Part shown: one piece after another, positions 1 through 9,244 of the stretch
How the letters are laid out: every line of letters begins with the position of its first letter
Position numbering within the stretch: position 1 is the first letter of the stretch
DNA from: a virus
DNA: 64,000 bases
Direction: 5' to 3' (one strand)
Virus record (IMG/VR): IMGVR_UViG_3300030380_005901
Coordinates: 95,563 to 159,562 of that record
Notes under the pieces: generated by a model
Database searches by the model: none
The model's input: only the letters and a program-made list of their open reading frames with translations
Told to the model about the DNA's origin: nothing
Made by a program: the position numbers and the translations under genes

Positions 1-52
1 TACCGGTATCAAAGAATTCTTCTACTATAATGTCTAATGATTTTTTATCCAT
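1..52 (-). CDS. 5' end of a hypothetical protein running off the window (MDKKIIRHYSREEFFDTG...)
   Basis: ATG at 52, open frame to the edge, ATATTTAT motif at 59-66. Confidence 0.55.
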   Translation of the reverse strand, partial: MDKKSLDIIVEEFFDTG

Positions 53-70
53 ATATTAATAAATATCCCT

Positions 71-1132
71 TTAATTGGAATACTTATTAATAAGATAATC
101 TAAATTATCTTGTAGGATATCTTTGGCGATGAACTCACCTTCTTTCATAGATTCTCTGTCGTATAACATTATACCATTCTTATCTGATGTTTCACCAGCA
201 AATAAATCGATATATCTATAATTAGGATAGTCCATTGCCATTTTAGCTGCGTTAGACTTACTTTTAACTTGTATTAAATAAACCTTACCTTCTAACTCCA
301 TAATCATATCAATACCATACTTCATATCAATAAAGTTACCATTATTACCGTGATACAGTAATTTAAAACCTTGTTTTTCCAATAACTTAATTGTTAAATC
401 TTCTATTTCATCTCCAATGATAGTATTCTTTCGAGTATTATACGTATAATCGTCATATTCATCCACAGTAAAGTATTTTTCTAATAATCTATAAAGATGT
501 GATGACTTAGGATTTTTTCTGGTTGGGTTTCCACTGTTTCTTAAATTTAAAAGAAAGTTTTTTATTTCAGTAACATTCATATGTTTAAGTTCCTCTATTT
601 TACCACCCCTCATAAACAATGTAGTAAGTAGTTCTGCAAGATCACTCCAACTCGTATTTAATTTGTTTACAAATACCCATTCACCTTCTTCATCCCTAAC
701 TAACTCACAACTTAATAGTCTTTGAGATGTGTAATAACCATCTTTTTCACTTATATCTTTAAATTTACCAGTTTCGTACAAATACTTTAAAGGTTCTTGA
801 AAATTAGGATTCATATCCCTATCATCTTTACGAGGTAACAATAAGGTATCTATAATAGGTTGCATATCTAACCCATCTTTTTCTTTTAACCACCTACCTA
901 ATACATTTAATTTATCACAAACACCTCTTTCTTCGCCTTGAAATCTTTTACAGGTATAGTAAGATAATCTCTCTTCGATACTACGTTCTTCTAAGACTTT
1001 ATCTACTACTTCTCTTTCTTTAGCTTCGTACTCTACACTAGGGTGTTCTAAACCTAATTCTTTTTCGTTTTCTTTTACTTCGTCATTTAAAATAAAATTA
1101 ACAAAGTCATTTATATCATCGGATTTTTGCAT
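71..1132 (-). CDS. Protein with C-terminal PD-(D/E)xK (Mrr/restriction-endonuclease-like) domain
   Basis: GDEIE...LLEKQGF...GIDMI...YLIQVKS matches the E..D..QxK pattern. Confidence 0.65.
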   Translation of the reverse strand: MQKSDDINDFVNFILNDEVKENEKELGLEHPSVEYEAKEREVVDKVLEERSIEERLSYYTCKRFQGEERGVCDKLNVLGRWLKEKDGLDMQPIIDTLLLPRKDDRDMNPNFQEPLKYLYETGKFKDISEKDGYYTSQRLLSCELVRDEEGEWVFVNKLNTSWSDLAELLTTLFMRGGKIEELKHMNVTEIKNFLLNLRNSGNPTRKNPKSSHLYRLLEKYFTVDEYDDYTYNTRKNTIIGDEIEDLTIKLLEKQGFKLLYHGNNGNFIDMKYGIDMIMELEGKVYLIQVKSKSNAAKMAMDYPNYRYIDLFAGETSDKNGIMLYDRESMKEGEFIAKDILQDNLDYLINKYSN

Positions 1133-1174
1133 ATACTTTTTTTTAAACTTAATTAAAAAAAATGAGAATGTAAA

Positions 1175-1396
1175 TTATTTTTGTTTAAAAATGAAAGTTA
1201 CACCTGCAATATTAACTTCTATTTCTTTATTGTGATTGAAAGTGGAGTTATTATTATTAGTTTTATAAAATAACTCTTCGTCTAAATGTCTGTGAGTTTT
1301 AGAATCTAAAAAATATGTGAGGGTAAGTTCTTCAGTTGGTATTACTTCATTACTTACACATTCATTGGCAATCTCTAAAACTTTTTCTAAATTCAT
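1175..1396 (-). CDS. hypothetical protein
   Basis: 73-aa ORF, tightly packed in the operon. Confidence 0.6.
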   Translation of the reverse strand: MNLEKVLEIANECVSNEVIPTEELTLTYFLDSKTHRHLDEELFYKTNNNNSTFNHNKEIEVNIAGVTFIFKQK

Positions 1397-1397
1397 T

Positions 1398-1589
1398 TTA
1401 AAATATTTTTTTTAATTTTAACCAAAAGTTTTCCCACTTACTTCTCTTAATTTTTTTAACTTTATTACCATTTTTTTTGATGTGTTCTCCTAAACCATTT
1501 TTTATCTCACGAATAAATTGTTCTTTTTTGAGTTGGGTTTTTTCGCGATCCATCTCAATACCAAATCTTTCTCTTTCTATTTCATCCAT
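1398..1589 (-). CDS. hypothetical protein (basic, amphipathic C-terminus)
   Basis: 63-aa ORF in the operon. Confidence 0.6.
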   Translation of the reverse strand: MDEIERERFGIEMDREKTQLKKEQFIREIKNGLGEHIKKNGNKVKKIKRSKWENFWLKLKKIF

Positions 1590-1602
1590 ATTACAATTAT
1601 AA

Positions 1603-1980
1603 TTAAATAATTCTAACTAGTGAAGAATAAAGTGAAGGAAATAAGGGTTTAGGTAACTTTTCCATATTAAACCAACCCCAATCTATGTTTTCATCATCTA
1701 ATTTACATTCGTATTCTTCATCACAATACCCAATGTAAAAATCAAAATAGGGAATTAGTTGATTTTGATGTTCAAAAAATTCATAACGAATATTATCATC
1801 ACTAATACCGGTTTCTTCTTTTAACTCTCTTTTTATACCTTCTAATGGTTTTTCACCTCTTTCGATACCACCAGATACTATAGACCACGTTTTAGGATAA
1901 CTAGCCTGTTTACATCTTTTTAATAATAAAAAATTATTTGTTTCCTTACAAATTAATAAAACTCCTCCGTATTTTCTCAT
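1603..1980 (-). CDS. NUDIX hydrolase
   Basis: Nudix box GGIERGEKPLEGIKRELKEETG. Confidence 0.92.
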   Translation of the reverse strand: MRKYGGVLLICKETNNFLLLKRCKQASYPKTWSIVSGGIERGEKPLEGIKRELKEETGISDDNIRYEFFEHQNQLIPYFDFYIGYCDEEYECKLDDENIDWGWFNMEKLPKPLFPSLYSSLVRII

Positions 1981-1990
1981 AATAATAAAT

Positions 1991-3004
1991 TTAAGTCATT
2001 ATATCTTCTTTGTCAACCATAAAATACTCTAAAGGAACATAACCTAAATAGTTATTTCTAAAATACTTGTAATCATTAAACGTATCGTTTGTTACTTGAA
2101 CTCCATCGTTTGTACCTTCATCCCAACCAGTACCTGCCGAATGAATCATACTAATTTTGTTACCATTTACATCAGATACAATTCCCGTATGTTTAGCTTT
2201 TTTACCATCAAATAATAAAATATCACCTGGTTTTACTTCGTCATAGTTATTTCTACCCCCTCTAAAACCTTCTTCTCTTTTTAATGTAGAAGTAGTATCT
2301 CTTCCTGGTGAATCGAGACCATCAACATGTCTAAACGTCCAATCTACCAAACCACTACAATCACCACCGACACCATCAAACTCACCTCCCCACACATATG
2401 GTTCACCTAGTCTTTCTGATGCTTTATCTACGACTTCTCTTCCTAACTTAATTACTTTATCACTTATTTCATAGTCACCATCTTCAACATTATCCCAATC
2501 CAATTCTTTTTTCTCTTCTTCTTCCTCTTCTTCGTCATTATAGTGGGGTTCGTCATCATCACCCATAATATTTTCATCATCTAACCCTAATAATAACACC
2601 TCTTCTACTGACATAGCGTGTTCGTCCCCTAATTCTTCTATATCGTCATATAATTCTGTATAGGTTTTTGGACCCACTATTGAATCCCACTCAATTGGTT
2701 CAATAAAGGTGTCTTTTTGAAAGTGTCTTACCGCTTCTGCAGTGTCTGGACCATAAATACCGTCAATAACCGGTTCACCATCCCCGTAATGTCCTACATC
2801 ATATCCTAAAAGAGTTAACATAGTTTGAACTCTTTTTACCGAATTTTTATTGTTTTTTCTATACCTACGTAAATATTTACCACCTAAATCATCTTGAAAT
2901 TTATCTGCAGTATCAGATAAATTAGCTAATGTAGTTAAAGTTTCTGAAGATTCACTGTCTTCTTTAATTCTTCTTAATTGTCTCTCACTTATTTTTAGTC
3001 TCAT
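1991..3004 (-). CDS. Peptidoglycan-binding domain plus NlpC/P60 endopeptidase, with putative capsid-targeting N-terminus
   Basis: VKRVQTMLTLLGY...DGIYGPDTAEAVRHFQ (PG_binding_1); PYVWGG..DCSGLV..PGDILLF..HTGIV..IHS (Cys-His-His). Confidence 0.9.
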   Translation of the reverse strand: MRLKISERQLRRIKEDSESSETLTTLANLSDTADKFQDDLGGKYLRRYRKNNKNSVKRVQTMLTLLGYDVGHYGDGEPVIDGIYGPDTAEAVRHFQKDTFIEPIEWDSIVGPKTYTELYDDIEELGDEHAMSVEEVLLLGLDDENIMGDDDEPHYNDEEEEEEEKKELDWDNVEDGDYEISDKVIKLGREVVDKASERLGEPYVWGGEFDGVGGDCSGLVDWTFRHVDGLDSPGRDTTSTLKREEGFRGGRNNYDEVKPGDILLFDGKKAKHTGIVSDVNGNKISMIHSAGTGWDEGTNDGVQVTNDTFNDYKYFRNNYLGYVPLEYFMVDKEDIMT

Positions 3005-3416
3005 ACCATTCTTTTATTTTCATCAATTTTATACCTATTTCACTACTATTAATAGTTTCATTTAAATTTTTACTATTATTGTGGATAATATTAATAAATA
3101 CATCCTTAATTTTATTAGACTCATCTAAATACATAGTATTATTATCTAATTCAATAATAGTTTCATTTAACCTTTCATTATAAATATTTAAAATTAAGTT
3201 ATCCATTGGTAATGAATTAAAAAATTTGTGTTTACTTAATTTTAAATTAAGATTATTTAGTGAAATTACATTTTCATTTAGATTTTTATCTTCTATTTTT
3301 TTAATTATATTATCTTTTATATAAACACCCCATTCATTAAGAAAATTATTTTCTTTATTCTGTTGGCGTATTAAACGTTTATACTGATTATTATTGACAA
3401 TTAATTTCATTTTCAC
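2985..3416 (-). CDS. hypothetical head-associated protein (likely ATG start at 3410)
   Basis: MKLIVNNNQYKRLI leader, repeated LNE motifs, CTATTTAT upstream. Confidence 0.55.
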   Translation of the reverse strand: MKMKLIVNNNQYKRLIRQQNKENNFLNEWGVYIKDNIIKKIEDKNLNENVISLNNLNLKLSKHKFFNSLPMDNLILNIYNERLNETIIELDNNTMYLDESNKIKDVFINIIHNNSKNLNETINSSEIGIKLMKIKEWYETKNK

Positions 3417-3424
3417 TATCTTTA
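3393..3424 (+). promoter_or_regulatory. Bacteroidota sigmaA-type promoter for 3457..3777
   Basis: ATTG(3393-96)-N20-TATCTTTA(3417-24). Confidence 0.6.
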
Positions 3425-3431
3425 CTATATA

Positions 3432-3439
3432 ATAAATAG
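3432..3439 (-). promoter_or_regulatory. putative late promoter variant (CTATTTAT)
   Basis: One mismatch to ATATTTAT, upstream of the 3410/3004 operon. Confidence 0.5.
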
Positions 3440-3456
3440 TTTAAAAAACATAAAAA

Positions 3457-3777
3457 ATGAGTATTTTAATTAGTATTTTAGTATGTTATGGAATTTGTAA
3501 CATAATAGTATATGGGAGTATATTTGAAGGTTTAAGAGATAAACTAAATCTATACTCGCCAGATTTTTGGGGAAAATTGTTTAGTTGTATGATGTGTTTA
3601 CCTTTTTGGATTGGTATTTTTATATCTACTAGTGTACATTTATTGGGATATAATCAATTTTCACCTCTTTCATTGAATGGGTTAGATAATTGTTATATTT
3701 CTATATTTTTTGACGCTTGTTTTTTTTCAGGTACGACTTGGTTAATTCATACATTACAAGAACATTTTGAGGTATAA
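3457..3777 (+). CDS. small membrane protein, DUF1360-like, with CxxC
   Basis: Hydrophobic helices; IFEGLRDK...KLFSCMMCLPFWIG. Confidence 0.6.
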   Translation: MSILISILVCYGICNIIVYGSIFEGLRDKLNLYSPDFWGKLFSCMMCLPFWIGIFISTSVHLLGYNQFSPLSLNGLDNCYISIFFDACFFSGTTWLIHTLQEHFEV

Positions 3778-3805
3778 AAAAAGAGGAATTAATTTTCCTC
3801 TTTTT
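3776..3805. terminator. bidirectional intrinsic terminator between convergent genes
   Basis: aaaaagaggaa-ttaatt-ttcctcttttt hairpin with A/T tails on both sides. Confidence 0.65.
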
Positions 3806-4256
3806 CTAATTCTTTTTTAACTTCCTCTTTAGGAGGTAATTCTACTTTACTATTTAGGTGCCTACTACTTTGTGGTATTTCAATGTCTTTTAGGGTTGGT
3901 TCTGTAAGTTCTGGAATTACAAATTTTAATCTTTCTAAATCCTTTAAAGTTTTATCCGTAAATAACCTCTTTAATTCTTCTATTTTAGCTTTAAGTAAAA
4001 CTAATTTATTCTCTTTTTCTATGTTTACATTTATAACATTTTCTACATGTATAACCACATCATCTATAGAGTCTTTAGGATCTTTAGGGAAAACCATAAA
4101 ATAATTTTTGTTATTATTACTAGGTTTATAAGCTACCTTATCAGACTCAAACATATTCCAACCTTCTTTTAAGACTAAATCAACAACGGCTAAATCTTTT
4201 ACAAATCTCAATCCTGTTACATAAGGTCTTAAAGTATTTAATTTTTCTTGTATCAT
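3789..4256 (-). CDS. hypothetical protein
   Basis: 155-aa ORF. Confidence 0.7.
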   Translation of the reverse strand: MIQEKLNTLRPYVTGLRFVKDLAVVDLVLKEGWNMFESDKVAYKPSNNNKNYFMVFPKDPKDSIDDVVIHVENVINVNIEKENKLVLLKAKIEELKRLFTDKTLKDLERLKFVIPELTEPTLKDIEIPQSSRHLNSKVELPPKEEVKKELEKEEN

Positions 4257-4257
4257 T

Positions 4258-4455
4258 TTAAATTTTTATACCTTCTATTAATGTTAGTATTATATATGAT
4301 ATAGACATTCCTAAAATTAATAAAGAAGGCTTGTTTAATTTAAATCTATCACCATCTTTAAAACTCCTAATCAAAAAAAACGAATTTCTTATTACGTTTA
4401 GAATAGATAGGACTAATAAAAACAAAAATATTTTATTAAGAATGTCTATCATCAT
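4258..4455 (-). CDS. small two-TM membrane protein
   Basis: Two hydrophobic segments in 65 aa. Confidence 0.6.
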   Translation of the reverse strand: MMIDILNKIFLFLLVLSILNVIRNSFFLIRSFKDGDRFKLNKPSLLILGMSISYIILTLIEGIKI

Positions 4456-4466
4456 ATTAATTATTT

Positions 4467-4655
4467 TTATACTGCTACAGTATCTGACTTTTTTAATTCA
4501 GAAACTTCTATTCTCATAGTTTGACAAAGATTTTTAATATCTTGACATCCTTTTCTTACTCTAGTTCCAGCCGCTTTATTATTTTTTTCGTAAAATTTTA
4601 CTGCATCTTCTTCTAAATTTGCTACTAATTCTTTTAATGTTTCAAAATTTTTCAT
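4467..4655 (-). CDS. Histone H1-like (Hc1 family) nucleoid-associated protein
   Basis: DAVKFYEKNNKAAGTRVRKGCQDIK signature typical of Bacteroidota Hc1-like proteins. Confidence 0.8.
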   Translation of the reverse strand: MKNFETLKELVANLEEDAVKFYEKNNKAAGTRVRKGCQDIKNLCQTMRIEVSELKKSDTVAV

Positions 4656-4675
4656 TTTTTTAATTTTAATTTTTG

Positions 4676-4927
4676 TTATTTTTCTTCGTTTACACTTTCA
4701 TTTGTAACACTACTAGCAGCAGTTATTTGTGCTAAGTATTCTGTGAGAGTGTTTATTTTATTGTTAACGTTAACTATTGATTCTAAAACTTTTTCAAATT
4801 TTTTCTTTTTCTTTTTGGCTTCAAATAAAGAATTATTTAAAATATAATTTAAATCCATTTCTAACGTATCTCTTTCAGATATTAAATCTGATAAAACTAT
4901 TTCTAAAAATTTAATTTTACTATTCAT
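4676..4927 (-). CDS. hypothetical coiled-coil protein
   Basis: 83-aa ORF. Confidence 0.6.
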   Translation of the reverse strand: MNSKIKFLEIVLSDLISERDTLEMDLNYILNNSLFEAKKKKKKFEKVLESIVNVNNKINTLTEYLAQITAASSVTNESVNEEK

Positions 4928-4972
4928 ATATGTAACTATAAAACTATTTTGTTATAAAATAAATACTAAAAC

Positions 4973-5440
4973 CTACATTTTTAACTTATAATCTAAACTT
5001 TTTTCAAAAATTCTATATAATTCTAATAATACATCCATATCAGATCTAGTTTTTAACCTATAATAATCAAAAGACATATTAGGGAATTTATCTAACTTAT
5101 CTAAAATATCTTTTTTGGTGGGAGTGTAGTAAAATAATTCCACATAAAAATTAAAAAAATATTCTTTTAATAAATCGGTTTCCATAAATAATATACCCTC
5201 TTTACTAAAATTTTTAATTGTATGATTAAAACACCAATTAAAATGGTTTTTTATATCTTCTTCGTTATTTATTACGTCATCACCTAAAAAAGTATTATTA
5301 ACTTTTCTATTAAGAGTCATAATAAACTCATAATATAAATTACATTTATCATAATTTATATTATTTGCTTTATATAACAATGTCATTTCTTCCATTGTTA
5401 ACTCCTTAGTAATGTACTGTATAAACTCTGCACTATTCAT
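4973..5440 (-). CDS. hypothetical protein
   Basis: 155-aa ORF. Confidence 0.7.
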   Translation of the reverse strand: MNSAEFIQYITKELTMEEMTLLYKANNINYDKCNLYYEFIMTLNRKVNNTFLGDDVINNEEDIKNHFNWCFNHTIKNFSKEGILFMETDLLKEYFFNFYVELFYYTPTKKDILDKLDKFPNMSFDYYRLKTRSDMDVLLELYRIFEKSLDYKLKM

Positions 5441-5486
5441 ATAATATTAATATAATACCAATTATTACTCGAATAAAGAGTTATTA

Positions 5487-6323
5487 TTAAATAATTTTTT
5501 TAGATTCTACTTCTTTTATCATTTGGTAGTGAATTTTTGCAATCCTATCTCTACCCTCTTCACTTAAAAGTAATTTACTTTCTTCTCTATTAGTCATAAA
5601 GAAGTTTTCTGATAATATGGAAGGCATAACTACTTTACGTAGAACCCAAAAATTAGATTCTTTATCTGCGTCTCCATCTCTTGTATCTACCCTCATTTTA
5701 TGTGTTGGGAATTCTACTTTTGCCTTTTCATGTAATATTTGAGCAATTTTATCAGATTTAGTTTCACCTACAGTTGTATATACTGACCAACCGTGTGCGG
5801 ATTCTTTGTTAAATCCATTAGCGTGTACTGAAACATAAATACATTTCTTACCATCACTTTGTTGTCTTTCTCTGTATATGTCATTTGCTTTATCAGTTCT
5901 CCATCTTAATGATAAATCTTTTTCTGTATCAACTAAATTAATACACTCAATACCATCTTTTTCACACATCTTAATAATTCTATTTACAACTGCCCTATTG
6001 AACTCTCCTTCAAATAACTGTGTACCATCCTCCCACTTAGGTGATCGTTTACCAGGTGTCTGATATACACCGTCTATAATACCTCCATGTCCATTATCTA
6101 ATATCCATACGTACCCATCACTTTTTTCTATACTGTTGTTTCTACTTTGTATCTTTTTCCATGTCTTAGGTCCGACTATACCATCAGTTTTTAAACCGTT
6201 TTGTGCTTGAAATCTCATTACTGCTAGTTCAGTTGCAGGACCGAAATCACCATCAACAGTAATATTTAATAATTTTTGTAGTTCTTTAACATCATCACCT
6301 TTACTTCCTTTTTTTAATAACAT
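5487..6323 (-). CDS. Endolysin: PG-binding domain plus N-acetylmuramoyl-L-alanine amidase (Amidase_3)
   Basis: Likely start MLLKKGSKGDDVKELQ at 6323; ILDNGHGG, EGEFN, VSVHAN, SILSENFFMTN Zn/catalytic motifs. Confidence 0.92.
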   Translation of the reverse strand: MLLKKGSKGDDVKELQKLLNITVDGDFGPATELAVMRFQAQNGLKTDGIVGPKTWKKIQSRNNSIEKSDGYVWILDNGHGGIIDGVYQTPGKRSPKWEDGTQLFEGEFNRAVVNRIIKMCEKDGIECINLVDTEKDLSLRWRTDKANDIYRERQQSDGKKCIYVSVHANGFNKESAHGWSVYTTVGETKSDKIAQILHEKAKVEFPTHKMRVDTRDGDADKESNFWVLRKVVMPSILSENFFMTNREESKLLLSEEGRDRIAKIHYQMIKEVESKKII

Positions 6324-6360
6324 ATTTCTATTTTTTTGTTCTATTATTGGTTTGTCCGAA

Positions 6361-7125
6361 TTAACCTTCTCTTTCTGGTTTAATATTTTCATAATAGTGG
6401 CGGATATCTTCATCCCACTCTTCAATTTCATCTCGTAAATTTTCAATAATGAAATTAAAATATTTTTCCAAACTTTCATCACTTAAATTATTTAAACGTT
6501 TTATTGGGTTTGGTATTTCAATGGTGTCAATAATATCTGCATATTTAGACACTTTAATATCTTCTGAAAAATACGCACCTAAACCATCTTCATTGTGAGT
6601 AATAATATCACCCGCCAATTTATTACCTTTCAAATCTAATAAATATAGAAATATGTGTTCATAGTTACCATTAGTTACAAGCATAGTCATTAAATTCTCT
6701 TCAACCATAGTAATTGGATCTTCCATCATTTCTATTGTCCATCCCGGATAAATTTCCCTTCCTACTAGATTATCTAAATAATATTTTGCAATTATAAGTT
6801 TAGTTGCATCATCATAGTCTTCTATACTATATGAAAAGTCATCAAATATCTCATCATCAAATAAGACATCCCCAAACCTTTTATAAAAATTCCACATTTT
6901 AAAAACATAGTCATAATCTTTTAACCCAAAAACATTAATTAAATCATTGATTCTTAATGCATCACTTGCTTCCATATCATAAGTATTTTTACCAATACTA
7001 TGGTTAAATTTTTCTTTACTCATAGATTGGTGGATAAACTTAAGAACTGCCTTATCCATTCTAGTTAAAGTTTCTAATTCATCAATAATCGATTCTAATA
7101 ATATATTTTTAAAATTTAGTTCCAT
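6361..7125 (-). CDS. hypothetical acidic protein, putative head-packaged
   Basis: Likely start MELNFKNILLES at 7125, 5 nt after ATATTTAT. Confidence 0.65.
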   Translation of the reverse strand: MELNFKNILLESIIDELETLTRMDKAVLKFIHQSMSKEKFNHSIGKNTYDMEASDALRINDLINVFGLKDYDYVFKMWNFYKRFGDVLFDDEIFDDFSYSIEDYDDATKLIIAKYYLDNLVGREIYPGWTIEMMEDPITMVEENLMTMLVTNGNYEHIFLYLLDLKGNKLAGDIITHNEDGLGAYFSEDIKVSKYADIIDTIEIPNPIKRLNNLSDESLEKYFNFIIENLRDEIEEWDEDIRHYYENIKPEREG

Positions 7126-7130
7126 TACAT

Positions 7131-7138
7131 ATAAATAT
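7131..7138 (-). promoter_or_regulatory. putative phage late promoter ATATTTAT
   Basis: Recurrent oriented motif, directly downstream of a terminator. Confidence 0.7.
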
Positions 7139-7149
7139 AATGAAAGCAT

Positions 7150-7175
7150 AAAAAAACCCCCATAAATGGAGGTTT
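7150..7175 (-). terminator. intrinsic terminator
   Basis: AAACCTCCAT-TT-ATGGGGGTTT followed by a T-run on the minus strand. Confidence 0.8.
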
Positions 7176-7195
7176 AATTAGTGGTTTGTGGGTGG

Positions 7196-8050
7196 TTAAT
7201 CCGATAATAAGTTTTTATCTTTAACTGATTCCATTAAGTTTTTAAAAACTTTAGTTTCTTCAGTATAATCATTAGTTTTTGTGTTAACATCACCATATTG
7301 GAAATCATATAATTTCTTCATCTTTTCTACATTCTCATTTATAGATTTTTCATTTCTAAAATTTAATACTGTAGCCTCATTCAATGATTCGTCCCATCTC
7401 ATTTTAAATGTTTGGTTACCATCTGTCATTAAAAAAGTGTGATTATCAACCTTATAGTTTTCAGGTATTAATTCTTTTACTTCTTCTACTGAAGTGAATT
7501 CAGTTTTAAAATTTAATCTTTTCATTTTTTCATTTTTTGATTCATTGACACCTTTAGTTACCCTAACTCTTGGAGTTTGTTGATATTCTGTTGGTTCGTC
7601 ATATTTATATTTTTTCTTTAGTTCACCATTTTTCATCAAAACTTCAAATGTATCATCATTTTCATCAGTTTCTCCGAAACCATCTTTAGTACCAAATTCT
7701 TTATCATACTCAGAAGTATCATTTAGCTTTTCTATACGGTTCATAAATGATTTAAATACTTCACTACCTTCATCATCATACTTTAACCCTTGCATTCCAG
7801 AACCTAACGCCTCTATTTCATAAGGATCGATACCTTTAGGTGAATCTTGTTCTCTATCTACTTTTAATACTGGATCTAATTCTTTTAGTTCATCACCATA
7901 ATAATCTTCTAATTTTTTACCAATAGCCTTTAAAGCATCTTTATTAATAGTTGCATCTTCTTTATGAACTTTTTCATAAGTTTTTAACCCATTAGGAGAT
8001 TCTTCATTAATGGTTACTTTAGTCTTTTTAGTTAAAAATTTATTTTCCAT
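7196..8050 (-). CDS. hypothetical head-associated protein
   Basis: Many L/I/V-x-E sites (INEE, VNES, LNEA, INEN, LMES); ATATTTAT at 8069-8076. Confidence 0.65.
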   Translation of the reverse strand: MENKFLTKKTKVTINEESPNGLKTYEKVHKEDATINKDALKAIGKKLEDYYGDELKELDPVLKVDREQDSPKGIDPYEIEALGSGMQGLKYDDEGSEVFKSFMNRIEKLNDTSEYDKEFGTKDGFGETDENDDTFEVLMKNGELKKKYKYDEPTEYQQTPRVRVTKGVNESKNEKMKRLNFKTEFTSVEEVKELIPENYKVDNHTFLMTDGNQTFKMRWDESLNEATVLNFRNEKSINENVEKMKKLYDFQYGDVNTKTNDYTEETKVFKNLMESVKDKNLLSD

Positions 8051-8068
8051 TTTATTGTTTGTTTATAT

Positions 8069-8076
8069 ATAAATAT
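8069..8076 (-). promoter_or_regulatory. putative late promoter ATATTTAT
   Basis: 18 nt upstream of ATG 8050. Confidence 0.7.
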
Positions 8077-8095
8077 ACATTAATTGATTAATGTA

Positions 8096-9244
8096 TTATT
8101 TTTTGAGTTTTAAATTACTCTTTTTGATTATTTTATTTTCATTAAATACATTATCTATTTTCATATCTGATGTATTTGTTAGTGTAATAGGTGAGGTTTT
8201 TTTACTTCCATACCCTTGATTACAATAAGGATATGTGTTACATTTTTCTTTTATATTAACAAATTTACCTCCCGGATATGCTAACTTATTTGCCCCTCTC
8301 CAATTCTTTTTATTTTTTGCCCACATTGCCGGTGTTACATATGAACCTACCGCACCCCCATAATCTACCGCCTCTTCTAATTCTTCATCTTCTTCTAATA
8401 TACCCATAGAAAACATTTTACCAATAGGTTTTGTCATACCATTTTTAGAAACCGGTATTTTATTTTTTGCAAACCTTCTACTTATAGGTTCTTGATTTAA
8501 TGGTGCAACAAATGCACCTGCACTACCAGCACCAGTAGCTTCTTCTAATTCATCATCTTCAAAATCTTCTGATTTTCTTCTTTCTAATTCTTCAGAACGT
8601 TTTTCTCTTATCTTATCAAAAATTTCTTTTTTAGTAAATCTATTTCTTTGTTGTTGTCTTAATTGATCTCTTAGTCTATTGGCAATTTCATTAGTATCTA
8701 AATCTTCATGAAATATTTCCATATCATCCATTATTAATTCTAACTTTCCTTCTTTACTCTTTTCAAATAATTCTTTTTCTACTCTTACAGTTTTTTTAGT
8801 TCCATTTTTACTTTCTACTGCAATTATACAAAAATTGGGATTAGTATAATAATCCGAAATATTATTAACGTTTTGAGTTGCTAATTCTGTTGCTTGTTCT
8901 ATAGGTAAATGATTCTGTTCTATTTGTGTACCAATATTAATTTCTTCTTTCATCTGTGGTGCAATTTTTTGGAGTGACTCTACACCACTTAAATTTAATT
9001 GAGTTTTAAACTCTTTTCCACTATTAAATATTTCATTTACACCTTCTTCTTTACCCTTAGTACATTTTAAACTCATTAACTTAATTAATTGTTTTAAAAT
9101 ATTGATTTGTTTAGTAGGTATTTTATCACTGTGTTTATCCACCAATTTATTTAATACCTTATCCGCAACTTTTAGTTGGGTGGTATTATTACAAGACATT
9201 ATAATGTCTTTTACTTTGTCGTAGTCTCTTTTAATATTTTCCAT
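8096..9244 (-). CDS. hypothetical head-associated protein with repeated ELEEA-Gly-rich motifs
   Basis: Likely start 9244 (TAATG coupling); ELEEATGAGSAGAFVAP and ELEEAVDYGGAVGSYVTP. Confidence 0.65.
   Translation of the reverse strand: MENIKRDYDKVKDIIMSCNNTTQLKVADKVLNKLVDKHSDKIPTKQINILKQLIKLMSLKCTKGKEEGVNEIFNSGKEFKTQLNLSGVESLQKIAPQMKEEINIGTQIEQNHLPIEQATELATQNVNNISDYYTNPNFCIIAVESKNGTKKTVRVEKELFEKSKEGKLELIMDDMEIFHEDLDTNEIANRLRDQLRQQQRNRFTKKEIFDKIREKRSEELERRKSEDFEDDELEEATGAGSAGAFVAPLNQEPISRRFAKNKIPVSKNGMTKPIGKMFSMGILEEDEELEEAVDYGGAVGSYVTPAMWAKNKKNWRGANKLAYPGGKFVNIKEKCNTYPYCNQGYGSKKTSPITLTNTSDMKIDNVFNENKIIKKSNLKLKK

Noticed and set aside
1590-1625. Further leaderless promoter before ORF 1589 (TATAATTG-N4-ATG)
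   Set aside because: Mismatch in the -7 box and no TTG at the expected -33 position; not counted
5487-6482. Long overlaps implied by ORF-track starts (6482, 7149, 9283, 10338, 19133, 19104, 58459)
   Set aside because: Downstream ATGs fit the promoters, coupling and domain starts better, so the overlaps are artefacts
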